Virus record (IMG/VR): IMGVR_UViG_3300021599_001487
Length of the DNA: 64,000 nucleotides
Origin: an uncultured virus (IMG/VR IMGVR_UViG_3300021599_001487)
Lineage: Duplodnaviria; Heunggongvirae; Uroviricota; Caudoviricetes
Direction: 5' to 3' (one strand)
Shown here one piece after another: positions 1-10,449 of the stretch. The notes below the pieces were generated by a model that was not told the DNA's origin, searched no databases, and saw only the letters and a list, made by a program, of their open reading frames with translations. Within the stretch, counting starts at the first letter, position 1; every line of letters begins with the position of its first letter. The position numbers and the translations under genes were made by a program.

Positions 1-1066
1 AAGCAACTTCACAAGCACTACAGTGAGCGACTATGCCTGGAACGTAAACACGTCCACCGCTAATTTTAATATCACCGGCAACGCATACCTGCAATGCACC
101 GCCAACAACGCAATAAGCTTTAACGTACTAAACTCCTCAAACACCGGCTTGAGCATAAACCGATCGGCGGGCACCGGTAACGTATACATATCGGGAAACG
201 TTCGAGACTACGCCAACACGGCAGCGTCCCCGGTACCGTCTAATAGTTTTAGCTTATACGGCAACCTTACAATGCCCGTAAGCGGCCAATCAAATAGCGC
301 AATTACTATAACTTGTCTTGGCGGAGACACGCAGACGATAACAACCAACGGCGCAAACTGCAACTACCAAATAAACATCAGTAAGACGGTGGGCACGAAG
401 GTTATACTGGCACAGAACACGACCGTAGCCAGCTCCGGAAGGATTATATTGACCCAGGGCGAGCTGGACCTTAACAATTTTAACCTGACAATACAGACCA
501 CGAACGGAATACAAACCGCGGCGGGGGCGGCAAAGAGGATCTACCTCGGCAGCGGCACCATCACCGCGGCATACTTTGACGTGTCCGTTGACTCCGCCGA
601 TGTCACCGTGACCCCCGGCACCTCGACCATTATCATGTCCAACGGGGTATCTTCAAGCCAATTCCTTGGCGGGGGCAAGACCTACAATGTGCTTAGGAAG
701 GCGGGCTCCGGCATTTTAACAATTGCACAAAGCAACACCTTTGCCACGCTAGAAAACGACCAGACCGGCACCCAGGGCACGATCAGGCTTATAAACGCCA
801 CGACGCAGACCGTTACCGGCAGCGTTAACCTAAGCGGAAACTCCGCCAGCCGGCTCGTAATAGACAGCAACTCCGCTGGGGCCCAGGGCTCGCTGTACAT
901 CGCCCCCGACGCCACCGTAGACTCCGACTGGCTAAACATTCGCGACAGCAACGCCACCGGCACCAAGTACTGGTACGCCGGCAACAACAGCCTAAACACC
1001 AGCAACAACACGGGCTGGATATTCTGTGGCGCAAAAGATCAAAACTTTGTATCATTCTTTAGCTGA
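1..1066 (+). CDS. C-terminal part of a Ser/Thr/Gly/Asn-rich tail fibre/adhesin, open at the window start
   Basis: Frame is open from base 2. The C-terminus (LNIRDSNATG..WYAG.NS.N.SNNTGWIF) is paralogous to that of 2977..6744. Confidence 0.75.
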   Translation, partial: SNFTSTTVSDYAWNVNTSTANFNITGNAYLQCTANNAISFNVLNSSNTGLSINRSAGTGNVYISGNVRDYANTAASPVPSNSFSLYGNLTMPVSGQSNSAITITCLGGDTQTITTNGANCNYQINISKTVGTKVILAQNTTVASSGRIILTQGELDLNNFNLTIQTTNGIQTAAGAAKRIYLGSGTITAAYFDVSVDSADVTVTPGTSTIIMSNGVSSSQFLGGGKTYNVLRKAGSGILTIAQSNTFATLENDQTGTQGTIRLINATTQTVTGSVNLSGNSASRLVIDSNSAGAQGSLYIAPDATVDSDWLNIRDSNATGTKYWYAGNNSLNTSNNTGWIFCGAKDQNFVSFFS

Positions 1067-1067
1067 C

Positions 1068-2138
1068 ATGAAAATAGCCGTATACGCCATATCTAAAAAC
1101 GAGGAGCCCTTTGTCAAGAGGTTCTGCGAGTCCGCCAAAGACGCGGACTACATCGTCATCGCAGACACCGGGTCCACAGACGGCACCCCCGGCGCGGCCA
1201 TGGAGCACGGCGCCATCGTGCACCACATCAGCGTTCAGCCCTGGCGTTTTGATAAGGCAAGAGACACGGCCCTGGCCCTGGTCCCGCCGCACGTAGACGT
1301 ATGCGTCAGCCTGGACCTGGACGAGGTCTTAGAGCCCGGCTGGCGACAGGAGATCGAGCGTGTATGGGTGCCGGGGCACACGACCAGGCTGCGGTACATG
1401 TACGACTGGGGCAACGGCGCTAGGTTTATGTACGAGAAGATACACGCCAGGTCCGGCTACCACTGGCACCACCCCTGCCACGAGTACCCAAGGCCCGACA
1501 TGAGGATCGTTGAGAGGCGCGCGTTTACGGACAAGCTGCTCGTGACCCACCACCCCGACCCCAGCAAGAGCCGCGGCCAGTACCTGGACCTTTTAAAGAT
1601 GTCGGTGGCCGAGGACCCCAGCTGTCCGCGCAACTCGTTCTACTACGCCCGCGAGCTGACATTTTACAACCGCTGGAACGATGCCACGCAGGCGTTGCAT
1701 CGCTACCTAGAGAACCCAAACGCGACCTGGGACAGCGAGAGATCCTTTGCAATGCGTTTGCTTGGCAAGTCGTACCAGGCGCTGGGCGACAAAGACAAAG
1801 CACACGAGTGGTTCAAGAAGGCCGTAGACCAGGCGCCCAGGCTGCGCGAGCCGCTGGTCGACCTGGCAAAATTTTATTATGAGGCGCAGGACTGGGAGAA
1901 ATGCTACGCAACCGCCAGCATGGCGCTGCAGGTCTTGGACAGGGAGACGTCTTACATCAGCAACCCCGAGGCGTGGGCCGACCTACCGCACGATTTACTG
2001 GCGATATCGGCCCACTACACCGGCAGGGTAGAGGAGGCGATCAAGCACGGCCAAGAGGCCCTGAGACACAAACCACAAGACGAGCGCCTACGCAACAACC
2101 TGTCCTGGTACCAGGGCGCACAACAGAGGGCGGCATAA
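1068..2138 (+). CDS. GT2-like glycosyltransferase with C-terminal TPR repeats
   Basis: KIAVYAISKNEE, DTGSTDGT, F..ARD.AL and DLDE (DxD) motifs, followed by helical TPR-like repeats. ATG at 1068. Confidence 0.85.
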   Translation: MKIAVYAISKNEEPFVKRFCESAKDADYIVIADTGSTDGTPGAAMEHGAIVHHISVQPWRFDKARDTALALVPPHVDVCVSLDLDEVLEPGWRQEIERVWVPGHTTRLRYMYDWGNGARFMYEKIHARSGYHWHHPCHEYPRPDMRIVERRAFTDKLLVTHHPDPSKSRGQYLDLLKMSVAEDPSCPRNSFYYARELTFYNRWNDATQALHRYLENPNATWDSERSFAMRLLGKSYQALGDKDKAHEWFKKAVDQAPRLREPLVDLAKFYYEAQDWEKCYATASMALQVLDRETSYISNPEAWADLPHDLLAISAHYTGRVEEAIKHGQEALRHKPQDERLRNNLSWYQGAQQRAA

Positions 2139-2139
2139 C

Positions 2140-2973
2140 ATGGCAGCATCCGGAAAAACACCAATCTCACTTTACCACAGCACGACCCCCGCCGCCGTAC
2201 CCAGCGCGGCAAACCTGGTGCCGGGAGAGCTCGCGCTTAACACGGCAGACGGCAAGCTGTACTACGAGGACAACCTTGGCGCGGTTCAGCTGCTTGCATC
2301 GGTCGGTAATACAGGAGACGTCACAGGACCCGCGTCTGCCACAGACAACGCAATCGTTCGTTTTGACGGAACGACCGGTAAGATAGTCCAAAACTCTGTC
2401 GTAACAATCGCCGACGGCTCTGGCAACATGTCTGGCGTTGGCTCAATTACGTCCACTAGCGCGTCGGGCGTGCTAACACGCACGGCCGCAACGCAGGACG
2501 GGGTTGCCTTGGTCGGTGGAGCAAGCGGGACAAGCTCTTACATCTCAACGATCACACCAAACTCGCTAAGTGCCAACAGGACCATCATTCTGCCGGACGA
2601 AAACACGACAATGGCCGGCACCGATGCAGCGCAGACCATTACCAACAAAAGAATTAACCCGCGCGTGTCTAGCACGGCATCTACGTCTTCCATAACGCCA
2701 GACGTTGCCTCGTTCGACCAGTACAACATTACGGCCCTGGCGGTTACGCTTACAGTAAACGCCCCCACCGGGACACCGGTCGATGGCAGCAAGATAATTT
2801 TACGAATCCTTGACAACGGCGTAAGCCAATCAATTAACTGGAACCCAACCTTTACGGTGATAGGCGTGACGCTTCCCACGTCGACCACGGCAAACAAGAC
2901 AACTTACGTCGGGTGCGTGTACAACGCAAACAACACCCGCTGGGACGTGGTTGCAGTAACCACGCAGGTGTAG
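2140..2973 (+). CDS. Tail fibre-associated structural protein
   Basis: N-terminal GELALNTADGKLYY motif. The C-terminal NAPTGTP.DG.K domain is shared with 61711..63012. Confidence 0.6.
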   Translation: MAASGKTPISLYHSTTPAAVPSAANLVPGELALNTADGKLYYEDNLGAVQLLASVGNTGDVTGPASATDNAIVRFDGTTGKIVQNSVVTIADGSGNMSGVGSITSTSASGVLTRTAATQDGVALVGGASGTSSYISTITPNSLSANRTIILPDENTTMAGTDAAQTITNKRINPRVSSTASTSSITPDVASFDQYNITALAVTLTVNAPTGTPVDGSKIILRILDNGVSQSINWNPTFTVIGVTLPTSTTANKTTYVGCVYNANNTRWDVVAVTTQV

Positions 2974-2976
2974 CGC

Positions 2977-5900
2977 ATGGCAAACAGGTACTGGGTTGGC
3001 GGAGCAGCAAATTGGGACGGCACGGCCGGAACTAAGTGGTCCACAACGTCCGGCGGCGCCGGAGGGGCGGCCGTCCCAACATCATCCGACGACGTATTTT
3101 TTGACGCAAACTCTGGCGGGAGCACCGTTGCAATCCTTGGCACGGCCATTGCAAGGTCTGTTACGTGTACCGGATTTACCGGGCAACTAACATCTGGCAC
3201 GCTATTCTTATACGGCGGAAACCTTACATACAGCGCCACAATGTCTGGCAGCAACGCGGGCCCCGACTATACGTACATAAACGGCAACTGCGTCATAACC
3301 ACCGCAGGAAAAACTTTAGCCCCCAATTCATCTGGCATACTGTCCATTTCCGCATCAAGCGGGACCGTCTCCCTGGCCGACAACCTTACGCTGGGCAACA
3401 CCAGTACGTTAGAGGTATTATCTGGCACATTTACAACAACGGCAAGCAACTACAGCATCAGCGCCGGATATTTTAGCAGCGTCTCAAGTTTATCAAGAAC
3501 AATTTCATTAAATGGCAGCTTGGTCAATTTGTTTGCCGGCGGAAATACTACCTTAAATTTTACTAGTAACTCAGGGTTAACGTTTAACGCCGGAACGTCT
3601 AACATAACCCTCCAAGCAAACGGGCCCTACATGCTAACGGGCCCAAACAGCTTGACGTTTAACAACGTAACGTTCCAATTAACTGGCTCAAACGATTCAT
3701 ACATGTCAGGGCCCTTAGTTTTTAATAACCTGACCGTTGTTCCTTATTCTAGCTACTGCATTCCATTTTATGTCAAAAACAACATAACGGTAAACGGCAC
3801 GCTTAATGTTTCAAGTGCCAGCGTAACCACCAGAGTCTTTCTTTCTTCGGAAAACTGGCTAAACGGGAGTGTTGTCGACGTAACGGCCGCGGCCGTAAGC
3901 GCAACCAACTGCGACTTTAGGTGCATATCAATCACGGGGGCTGCCTCCCCAATCAGCCCAACGGGCGCAGGAAACTGCGGAAGCAACGCCGGCATAACCT
4001 TTCCGGTGTCTAAAACTGTCTACTGGAACCTTGCGGGGTCTAATCTTTGGACCGACAACGGGTGGGCCACAACCTCCGGGGGGTCCCCCGCAACCTCAAA
4101 CTTTCCCTTAGCACAAGACACGGCCGTCATTGATGACAACGGCGCCGCGACCGCTATAACGCTTTACTCAGGCCACAACATAGGGACCCTTAACTGTGGT
4201 TCACGAACAATTCCGGTATCACTCGATTTTTATGGTAAAAGATTTTGCGTGTACGGGTCCCTTACCATGGGCAGCGGAGTAACGCTTACGTCCAGCTCTC
4301 CCGCCGTAGACGCAACATTTTCTCCTCGCAGTGCCACGGTTAATATAACATCTGCCGGCAAGGTCTTCCCTTGGAATGTATGGATTGCGTCTGCAGGCAA
4401 CACCGTGCAATTGTCCGACAACTTTGAAACTACAGCCACAACTTACGTGGCGGCAGGAACGCTAGACCTAAACAACTTTAACTTTACTACCTCCAGCGCG
4501 TCCCTTGGAAATGTTTTTGCTGGAAATACTCTTATATCAAAGTTTGTTGCTTTTTCTACGTCTGGTCAGATGACGCTGACTGGAAACAGTAAGACTATTT
4601 TTAGTAATACGGGAAACGCCGTGTATTACACAGGAACGTCAAACGTCGTGTGTAACTACACCGGGTCCGTAGGATTTAGAACAATCTACAGCAGTTCAAC
4701 AGAATCAAACTCTTTCTCGTTTTATGTAACCGGCGGGTCTGACACTATTTCTCTTTCCACGTCAGCCAATTTTAAAAATTTAAATTTTACAGGTTTTAGT
4801 GGAACCCTCTCTCCTAATGTTGCGACCACAATATATGGGGACCTGACAATATCGTCTGGGATGTCCCTTAGCTCAACCTCCCTTTCAACATCTTTTGCGT
4901 CTTCTACCACGCAAAACGTAACATCAAACGGAAAAACGTTTAACTTTCCCGTTTCAAAGACTGGCGTTGGTACTTTAACAATGCTAGACAATTTGACACT
5001 TGGCACGTCACGAACGTTTACGTTATCTAGCGGAACCCTTAACCTTAACGGGTTTAACTTAAGCGTTGGAGTTTTTGACTCCTCTAATAGCACCGCCCGA
5101 TCCATTTCGTTTGGGTCTAACAACATTGCCCTTACAAGCACCACAGCATCAACAACGGTGCTGTCGATGGCAACTGCTACTAACTTTACTTTTACTGGAA
5201 CTGGAGCATTTACCAGAAACATGGCCGCAACGGCCACGGTAAGTTTTGGTATTAGCGGGGGCACAACATCAAACGCGCCCAACTTAACCGTAAGCGCCGG
5301 TTCTTCTCAGCTAGATATTGGCAGCGGGAGCTATTTTAAAAACGTAAATTTTACAGGGAGCACATGCGATGCGCAAGGCACATACTACGCCTGCGGAGAC
5401 CTTACGCTGGCATCGGGCGGTACATATTCAACGCTTCAGCCATACTTTATTACATCGGCAACGCTCACAGGCGCCGGAAAAACGCTTGCTAATACCGAGA
5501 TTAACGGAACAGGGATAACGGTTACTTTAAACGGCTCTTGCAATGTAGGTACGGGGAGTACATTTTTTCTGACCGAGGGAACGCTTGACCTAAACGGCAA
5601 CGCCCTAAGCGTGGGCTCTTTTAGTTCCGCGGGGTCCAGTGCCCGCTCAATTGCCTTTGGCTCGGCAAACATTGCACTTAGCAGCACTGTACCAGGGACA
5701 ATTATTTTGGGCATGAGCGTTGCCAACAACTTTACCTACACGGGCACGGGCGGGTTTACCAGAAACATGACAAATTCAGCCACCGTTCAGTTTGGGTCCG
5801 TTTCTGGTGGCACAACCTCAAACGCGCCCAACCTAACCGTAACCGGCGGCTCACTTACATTAACTATCACATCGGGCAGCTACTTAAAAAATTTAGTTTT

Positions 5901-6744
5901 TACTGGTGGCACCAGCACCGTCACGGCAAGTAATTTAAACGTCGCCGGAAACCTAACCCTAGCCTCTGGCGGCACCTACACGGCCGTTGTCCCGACTTTT
6001 GTCGCGTCTGGGACAATTACAAGCAACGGAAAAACCCTTGGCAATACTACAATTAACGGCTCAGGCATTACCATAACGCTGGCGGATGCGCTAACCTTGG
6101 GTTCGACCAGAACCCTGACTTTAACTCAGGGCACGTTTACCGCCAACAATCAAAACGTCTCCACGCCATATTTTAATTCATCCAACACAAACACAAGAAC
6201 CCTCAACATGGGCTCTGGCACGTGGACAATTTCTGGTTCTCCTACAATCTTTTTTCCTGCGTGGGAAACAACCACAACTACAAACTTAACTCTAAACGCC
6301 AACACCTCAACAATAAGCATGACAAACGCCTCAGCAAAAACTTTTGCCGGGGGCGGGTTAACATATTACAACCTTAACCAAGGCGGGTCCGGAACGTTAA
6401 CGATCAGTGGCTCTAACACCTTTAACGACATTACCAACAGCGTCCAACCTGCCACGGTCAGCTTTACATCTGGAACAACCCAGACCGTGTCCAACTTTAG
6501 CCTGCTGGGTACTGCGGGTAACTTAATCACCGTCAATAGCACCTCTGCCGGTTCGCAGGCCTCTCTATCAAAAGCGTCCGGTATTGTAAGCGTTAACTAC
6601 TTGTCAATTAGAGACAGCAACGCCACCGGCGGCGCACAGTGGTACGCCGGAACAAACTCAACCAACGTAAGCAACAACACGGGTTGGATTTTTACGGCCC
6701 CTCCGCCCTCAGGTTTTGGAAACTTCTTAGCATTTTTTACGTAA
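2977..6744 (+). CDS. Large tail fibre/adhesin-like protein (1255 aa)
   Basis: MANRYWVGG start, very S/T/G/N-rich beta-solenoid-like repeats, two long internal repeats containing FTRNM..GGTTSNAPNLTV. Confidence 0.75.
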   Translation: MANRYWVGGAANWDGTAGTKWSTTSGGAGGAAVPTSSDDVFFDANSGGSTVAILGTAIARSVTCTGFTGQLTSGTLFLYGGNLTYSATMSGSNAGPDYTYINGNCVITTAGKTLAPNSSGILSISASSGTVSLADNLTLGNTSTLEVLSGTFTTTASNYSISAGYFSSVSSLSRTISLNGSLVNLFAGGNTTLNFTSNSGLTFNAGTSNITLQANGPYMLTGPNSLTFNNVTFQLTGSNDSYMSGPLVFNNLTVVPYSSYCIPFYVKNNITVNGTLNVSSASVTTRVFLSSENWLNGSVVDVTAAAVSATNCDFRCISITGAASPISPTGAGNCGSNAGITFPVSKTVYWNLAGSNLWTDNGWATTSGGSPATSNFPLAQDTAVIDDNGAATAITLYSGHNIGTLNCGSRTIPVSLDFYGKRFCVYGSLTMGSGVTLTSSSPAVDATFSPRSATVNITSAGKVFPWNVWIASAGNTVQLSDNFETTATTYVAAGTLDLNNFNFTTSSASLGNVFAGNTLISKFVAFSTSGQMTLTGNSKTIFSNTGNAVYYTGTSNVVCNYTGSVGFRTIYSSSTESNSFSFYVTGGSDTISLSTSANFKNLNFTGFSGTLSPNVATTIYGDLTISSGMSLSSTSLSTSFASSTTQNVTSNGKTFNFPVSKTGVGTLTMLDNLTLGTSRTFTLSSGTLNLNGFNLSVGVFDSSNSTARSISFGSNNIALTSTTASTTVLSMATATNFTFTGTGAFTRNMAATATVSFGISGGTTSNAPNLTVSAGSSQLDIGSGSYFKNVNFTGSTCDAQGTYYACGDLTLASGGTYSTLQPYFITSATLTGAGKTLANTEINGTGITVTLNGSCNVGTGSTFFLTEGTLDLNGNALSVGSFSSAGSSARSIAFGSANIALSSTVPGTIILGMSVANNFTYTGTGGFTRNMTNSATVQFGSVSGGTTSNAPNLTVTGGSLTLTITSGSYLKNLVFTGGTSTVTASNLNVAGNLTLASGGTYTAVVPTFVASGTITSNGKTLGNTTINGSGITITLADALTLGSTRTLTLTQGTFTANNQNVSTPYFNSSNTNTRTLNMGSGTWTISGSPTIFFPAWETTTTTNLTLNANTSTISMTNASAKTFAGGGLTYYNLNQGGSGTLTISGSNTFNDITNSVQPATVSFTSGTTQTVSNFSLLGTAGNLITVNSTSAGSQASLSKASGIVSVNYLSIRDSNATGGAQWYAGTNSTNVSNNTGWIFTAPPPSGFGNFLAFFT

Positions 6745-6753
6745 GGTTTAAAA

Positions 6754-6951
6754 ATGGAAGACTCCGTAGAGACAAAGCTGGCCGTGCACGAGGCCGTGTG
6801 CGCGCAGCGATATGAAAACATAACCAAGCAATTAAACGACGGCGACAAGCGGATGAACAAGATCGAGTACCTGCTATATGCAACAATCTTGGCCGTATTG
6901 TTTGGCCCCGGCGTGGCCGCAGAGTTTATTAAAAGACTGTTCTTGGGGTAG
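6754..6951 (+). CDS. Small membrane protein of the lysis region
   Basis: HEAVCAQRY coiled segment followed by a C-terminal hydrophobic helix. Confidence 0.55.
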   Translation: MEDSVETKLAVHEAVCAQRYENITKQLNDGDKRMNKIEYLLYATILAVLFGPGVAAEFIKRLFLG

Positions 6952-6953
6952 CC

Positions 6954-7412
6954 TTGGCCCAGCTACCTGACCCCATCGACCCATCAAAGGTCGTACAGAC
7001 GGCCCTTGGCGGTATCAAGGAGGCCCTCAAGGCCGGCCGTGAGATCAAGGAAACGGCCAAGGAGGTAAACGCCTTCCTGGACGAAGAGGCACGCGCTCGC
7101 GTGGCCTTTAAGCGCCGCCAGCAAGAGGTACAGCGCCGCGGGGACATGATGTACATCGACGCCATCAACGAGTACCGCGTCCTGTTTAACATACGCCAGG
7201 CCAAGGAGCAGGCCTTTAAACAGATAGAAAAAGAGTTTGGAAAGAGGGCCGTGCAGGAGGTTACGGCGCTCGAGGAGAGGCTGCGCAAAGAGAGGAAGGA
7301 CCTCCAGCGAGAGTATGACTCAGACCGCCGCCAGACGCGTAACGAGTGGCTGATCATCGGCCTTCTCGGTCTTTTAATTTATGGAATCTTAAAAATGACA
7401 AAGGTGTGGTGA
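6954..7412 (+). CDS. Coiled-coil protein with C-terminal transmembrane helix
   Basis: Charged helical body and hydrophobic tail; lies in the lysis cluster. Confidence 0.55.
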   Translation: MAQLPDPIDPSKVVQTALGGIKEALKAGREIKETAKEVNAFLDEEARARVAFKRRQQEVQRRGDMMYIDAINEYRVLFNIRQAKEQAFKQIEKEFGKRAVQEVTALEERLRKERKDLQREYDSDRRQTRNEWLIIGLLGLLIYGILKMTKVW

Positions 7413-7870
7413 TGATAGGAATAGACGCAATACTTAAAATTGGCGAGAAAGTACTTGACCGGGTCCTGCCGGACCCGGCCGCAAAGGCGGAGGCGCAGGC
7501 CAAGCTGATGGAGCTGGCCCAGAAGGGCGACCTTGCAAATCTCCAAGCAGAAGTTGATTTTGCAAGGATCGACGCTGAGGACCGTGACTCTGCCAGAAGC
7601 CGTGAGTCTGAGATGGCAAAGGCAGACGTGTGGGACCTCACAAAAAACATCAACACCGTGCTGGCCATAGGCGTAATCGCGTTGTCCTTCATATTATTCG
7701 CGGCCCTCATGACGATCGAGGTCAAGAGCATGGCCAAGGACATTTTGATTTACATACTGGGCGTGTTGTCTGCGGCGGTGACCCAGATACTGTCTTTTTA
7801 CTTTGGGTCCAGCCAGGGCTCTAAAAACAAACAGGCAGAGATCGACAAACTGATGGGGGGTAACAAGTGA
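7412..7870 (+). CDS. Putative holin
   Basis: K.LDRVLPDP..KA.AQ..L start, two hydrophobic segments and FYFGSS; directly upstream of the endolysin. Confidence 0.65.
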   Translation: MIGIDAILKIGEKVLDRVLPDPAAKAEAQAKLMELAQKGDLANLQAEVDFARIDAEDRDSARSRESEMAKADVWDLTKNINTVLAIGVIALSFILFAALMTIEVKSMAKDILIYILGVLSAAVTQILSFYFGSSQGSKNKQAEIDKLMGGNK

Positions 7871-8331
7871 ACCTATCGCCAAACTTTACGCTTGTAGAGA
7901 TGACCAAGTCCGAGACCGGCCTGCGCCTTGGTATTAAGAACGAGCCTAACGAGGAACAGCTTAACAACCTGATGCAGCTCGCGCAAAAAGTGCTGCAGCC
8001 AGTGCGTGACGCTTTCAAGAAGGGGGTCAAGGTAAACTCCGGCTTGCGGGTTCCGGAGCTTAACAAGGCCGTGGGCGGGTCGCCAACGTCCGACCACTGC
8101 CGGGGACAGGCCGCGGACATCGAGATCCCTGGCGTCTCAAACTACGCCCTGGCCAAGTGGATACAGGACAACCTGGAGTTTACGCAGCTTATACTTGAAT
8201 TTTATACCCCCGGCGTGCCTGACTCTGGGTGGGTACACGTCAGCTACGACCCCAAAGACCTCAAGCGACAGTCAATGACGGCCGTTAAGCGGGACGGCAA
8301 GACCGTATATTTACCGGGCCTTGTGGCCTGA
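7867..8331 (+). CDS. Endolysin, peptidase M15 family
   Basis: LSPNFTL.E, NSG.R...LN.AVGG..TSDH..GQAADI and WVHVSY zinc-ligand motifs. Confidence 0.9.
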   Translation: MNLSPNFTLVEMTKSETGLRLGIKNEPNEEQLNNLMQLAQKVLQPVRDAFKKGVKVNSGLRVPELNKAVGGSPTSDHCRGQAADIEIPGVSNYALAKWIQDNLEFTQLILEFYTPGVPDSGWVHVSYDPKDLKRQSMTAVKRDGKTVYLPGLVA

Positions 8332-8337
8332 TTTTTG

Positions 8338-8348
8338 TGCATAAGTAG
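8338..8348 (+). promoter_or_regulatory. Phage promoter-like motif TGYATWAGTAG (representative copy)
   Basis: Exact or near copies at 14706, 48617, 51248, 55586 and 59536 (+) and 30702, 32351, 33295, 37221 and 40797 (-). Confidence 0.75.
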
Positions 8349-8378
8349 TAATAGATCCACCCACCTTAGGAGAGAAAC

Positions 8379-9206
8379 GTGGAAGGCTTTAAATCAAACC
8401 CCAAGATGAAATCAGACATCGCCTGCTTCAAAGAGGGCGGATCGGTGTACAGCTCACGGACACACAAGGAAGACCCCAAAGAGGCCGCCGAAGACAAGGC
8501 CATGGTCAAGAAGGGCATCCGCCAGCACGAGACGGCCAAGCATAAGGGCCAGGAAAAGACCGAGATCAAGCTCAAGCAGGGCGGTCGCAGCAAAAAAGAC
8601 GGCGCCAGCGTGCGTAAGTACAAGGCCGGCGGCGCTATCGACATGAAAAAAGACAAGGACGACAAAAAGTCCATCGCCCAGGTCAAGAAGACAAAGGCCG
8701 GCAAGGCAGACGCCCCCAGCGCAGCCGTTGGCAAGAAAAAAGAGTCTCCCAAGACCGACAACAAGCCAGCCAAGAAGACCATGACCGCGTCTATGGTCGG
8801 CCAGCTGCCTGCCGCCCCAGAGGCCCCCAGCGCCGCCATGTCGATGCCGGAAGGCCAACCAATTGAGATGATGGCAGACGGCGGATACTTAGACGGCGGG
8901 ATCATTGGCCAGGGCGTGACCTCGGACTACGATCGAGAGCTGCAGAAGCGCAGGATGATGCGGCCCAAGCAGGTCCCGGAGATGTACCCGCCCGGCATGC
9001 AGGTACCTCAGCCGATGCAGCCCAGCGCTATCCCTCCCATGGGACAGGGCATGTCAGCGCCCGCGTTGGGCGGTGGGATGGGTGCCGCGGCCGCAAGTGG
9101 CCCCATGGGCAACGCAGCACCGCGCGGCACGATCACCGACGAGGAGCGCAACCTGCTTCGAGGCCTGCAGGCCGTTGGTCGCTACTCAGGCGGCGGGAGC
9201 TGCTAA
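8379..9206 (+). CDS. Lys-rich low-complexity putative virion protein with repeated xxxGG motifs
   Basis: RBS AGGAG. Motifs FKEGG, LKQGG, YKAGG, MADGG and YSGGG. Confidence 0.6.
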   Translation: MEGFKSNPKMKSDIACFKEGGSVYSSRTHKEDPKEAAEDKAMVKKGIRQHETAKHKGQEKTEIKLKQGGRSKKDGASVRKYKAGGAIDMKKDKDDKKSIAQVKKTKAGKADAPSAAVGKKKESPKTDNKPAKKTMTASMVGQLPAAPEAPSAAMSMPEGQPIEMMADGGYLDGGIIGQGVTSDYDRELQKRRMMRPKQVPEMYPPGMQVPQPMQPSAIPPMGQGMSAPALGGGMGAAAASGPMGNAAPRGTITDEERNLLRGLQAVGRYSGGGSC

Positions 9207-9207
9207 G

Positions 9208-9387
9208 ATGCCGATTGAGTCAAAGGCCCAGCAGAGGGCCATGTACGCCGCCGCGGCCGGTAAGTCAAACATTGGCATCCCCAAGAAGGTCGGCAAAGAA
9301 TTTGTAGCGGCGGGGCCGGCCAAGAAAAACCTGCCGGAGAAAGTTAAATCTAGCGCACCAAAGCGGGCATCCGGCCGCGGGAGATAA
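9208..9387 (+). CDS. Small basic phage protein
   Basis: [26 protein letters not shown]; fits tightly between its neighbours. Confidence 0.6.
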   Translation: MPIESKAQQRAMYAAAAGKSNIGIPKKVGKEFVAAGPAKKNLPEKVKSSAPKRASGRGR

Positions 9388-9390
9388 GCT

Positions 9391-10446
9391 GTGGCCTACT
9401 CAGGCACCACAAACCAGACCAAGATAAACGTTGGGCAACTAATCGAGTACGCCTTCCGCGAGAGCGGAAAGTCGTCCGAGGAGCAGACCGCGCAGTACAT
9501 CGTCGCAGGCAAGCAGGCGCTGTTTTACATCCTGCAGAACCTCTCCAACCGCGGCGTAAACCTGTGGATGCTCGAAAATAAGCTGATAGGCACCGTCAAA
9601 GACCAGACCGTCATAACCTTGCCCGAGGGTACCGTCGACGTTCGAGAGGCTAACTGGCGCTACATCGTGACGCCAACCATCTCGGCCGCGTTGCCGGCCA
9701 GCAACCCAGACTCCGCAAACCTGTTCGACCAGGACCTCTCAACCTTTGCCACGTCCGACCCACTAGACAACTGGTTTGGGGCGGGGTTTACGGGCGGCGA
9801 GAGGATCTACCAGGTAGGATTTAACTCCTACGGCGTTCAAACGTTTAACTTTGTATTTGAGACAAGCTCAGACGGGATTACCTGGACGGTGCGTAAGACA
9901 CTGCCGGCCATTACGCTTCAGGACCGTGAGTGGTACTACTTCACCTTTGACCCGACCCCCGAGTACAACTTCTTCCGCGTGCGCGAGACCGTGGCCGGCA
10001 CGTTTTCACTTAGGCAGCTGTCCTTCTCATACACGCAGCAAGACATACCTTTATCAAGGCTAAACCGAGACGATTACTGGAACCTACCAAACAAACAGTT
10101 TGAGAGCCAGAGATCGCTGCAGTATTGGTTTGACCGTCAGATTACGCCGCAGATGTATCTGTGGCCCATACCAGACAACGACTTCCAGCTATTTCAGCTC
10201 ATCATTGAGAAACAGCTACAGGACGTCGGCAGCTTGTCTAATGAGCTGTACGTCCCTAACCGGTGGATAGCCGCAATTCAAAAAATGCTATCGCACCAGC
10301 TATCGCTGCAGATCCCCGGCGTTGACCAAAACAGGATCGTCTACCTGGAGGACCAGGCCAACAAGTGGCTGGCGCAGGCAGAAAACGAAGAGCGAGACAA
10401 GTCGCCCATCTACTACGCACCCAACATCAGCTACTACACGAGATAA
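9391..10446 (+). CDS. Putative head-tail adaptor/tail tubular protein
   Basis: NRGVNLW and LNRDDY.NLPNK...YWFDRQ.P..YLWP motifs, with a discoidin-like insert (TSSDGITWT). Confidence 0.55.
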   Translation: MAYSGTTNQTKINVGQLIEYAFRESGKSSEEQTAQYIVAGKQALFYILQNLSNRGVNLWMLENKLIGTVKDQTVITLPEGTVDVREANWRYIVTPTISAALPASNPDSANLFDQDLSTFATSDPLDNWFGAGFTGGERIYQVGFNSYGVQTFNFVFETSSDGITWTVRKTLPAITLQDREWYYFTFDPTPEYNFFRVRETVAGTFSLRQLSFSYTQQDIPLSRLNRDDYWNLPNKQFESQRSLQYWFDRQITPQMYLWPIPDNDFQLFQLIIEKQLQDVGSLSNELYVPNRWIAAIQKMLSHQLSLQIPGVDQNRIVYLEDQANKWLAQAENEERDKSPIYYAPNISYYTR

Positions 10447-10449
10447 CAG

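Noticed and set aside
1..6744. Diversity-generating retroelement acting on the fibre C-termini
   Set aside because: No reverse transcriptase in the window; the similarity is ordinary paralogy between two coding genes.
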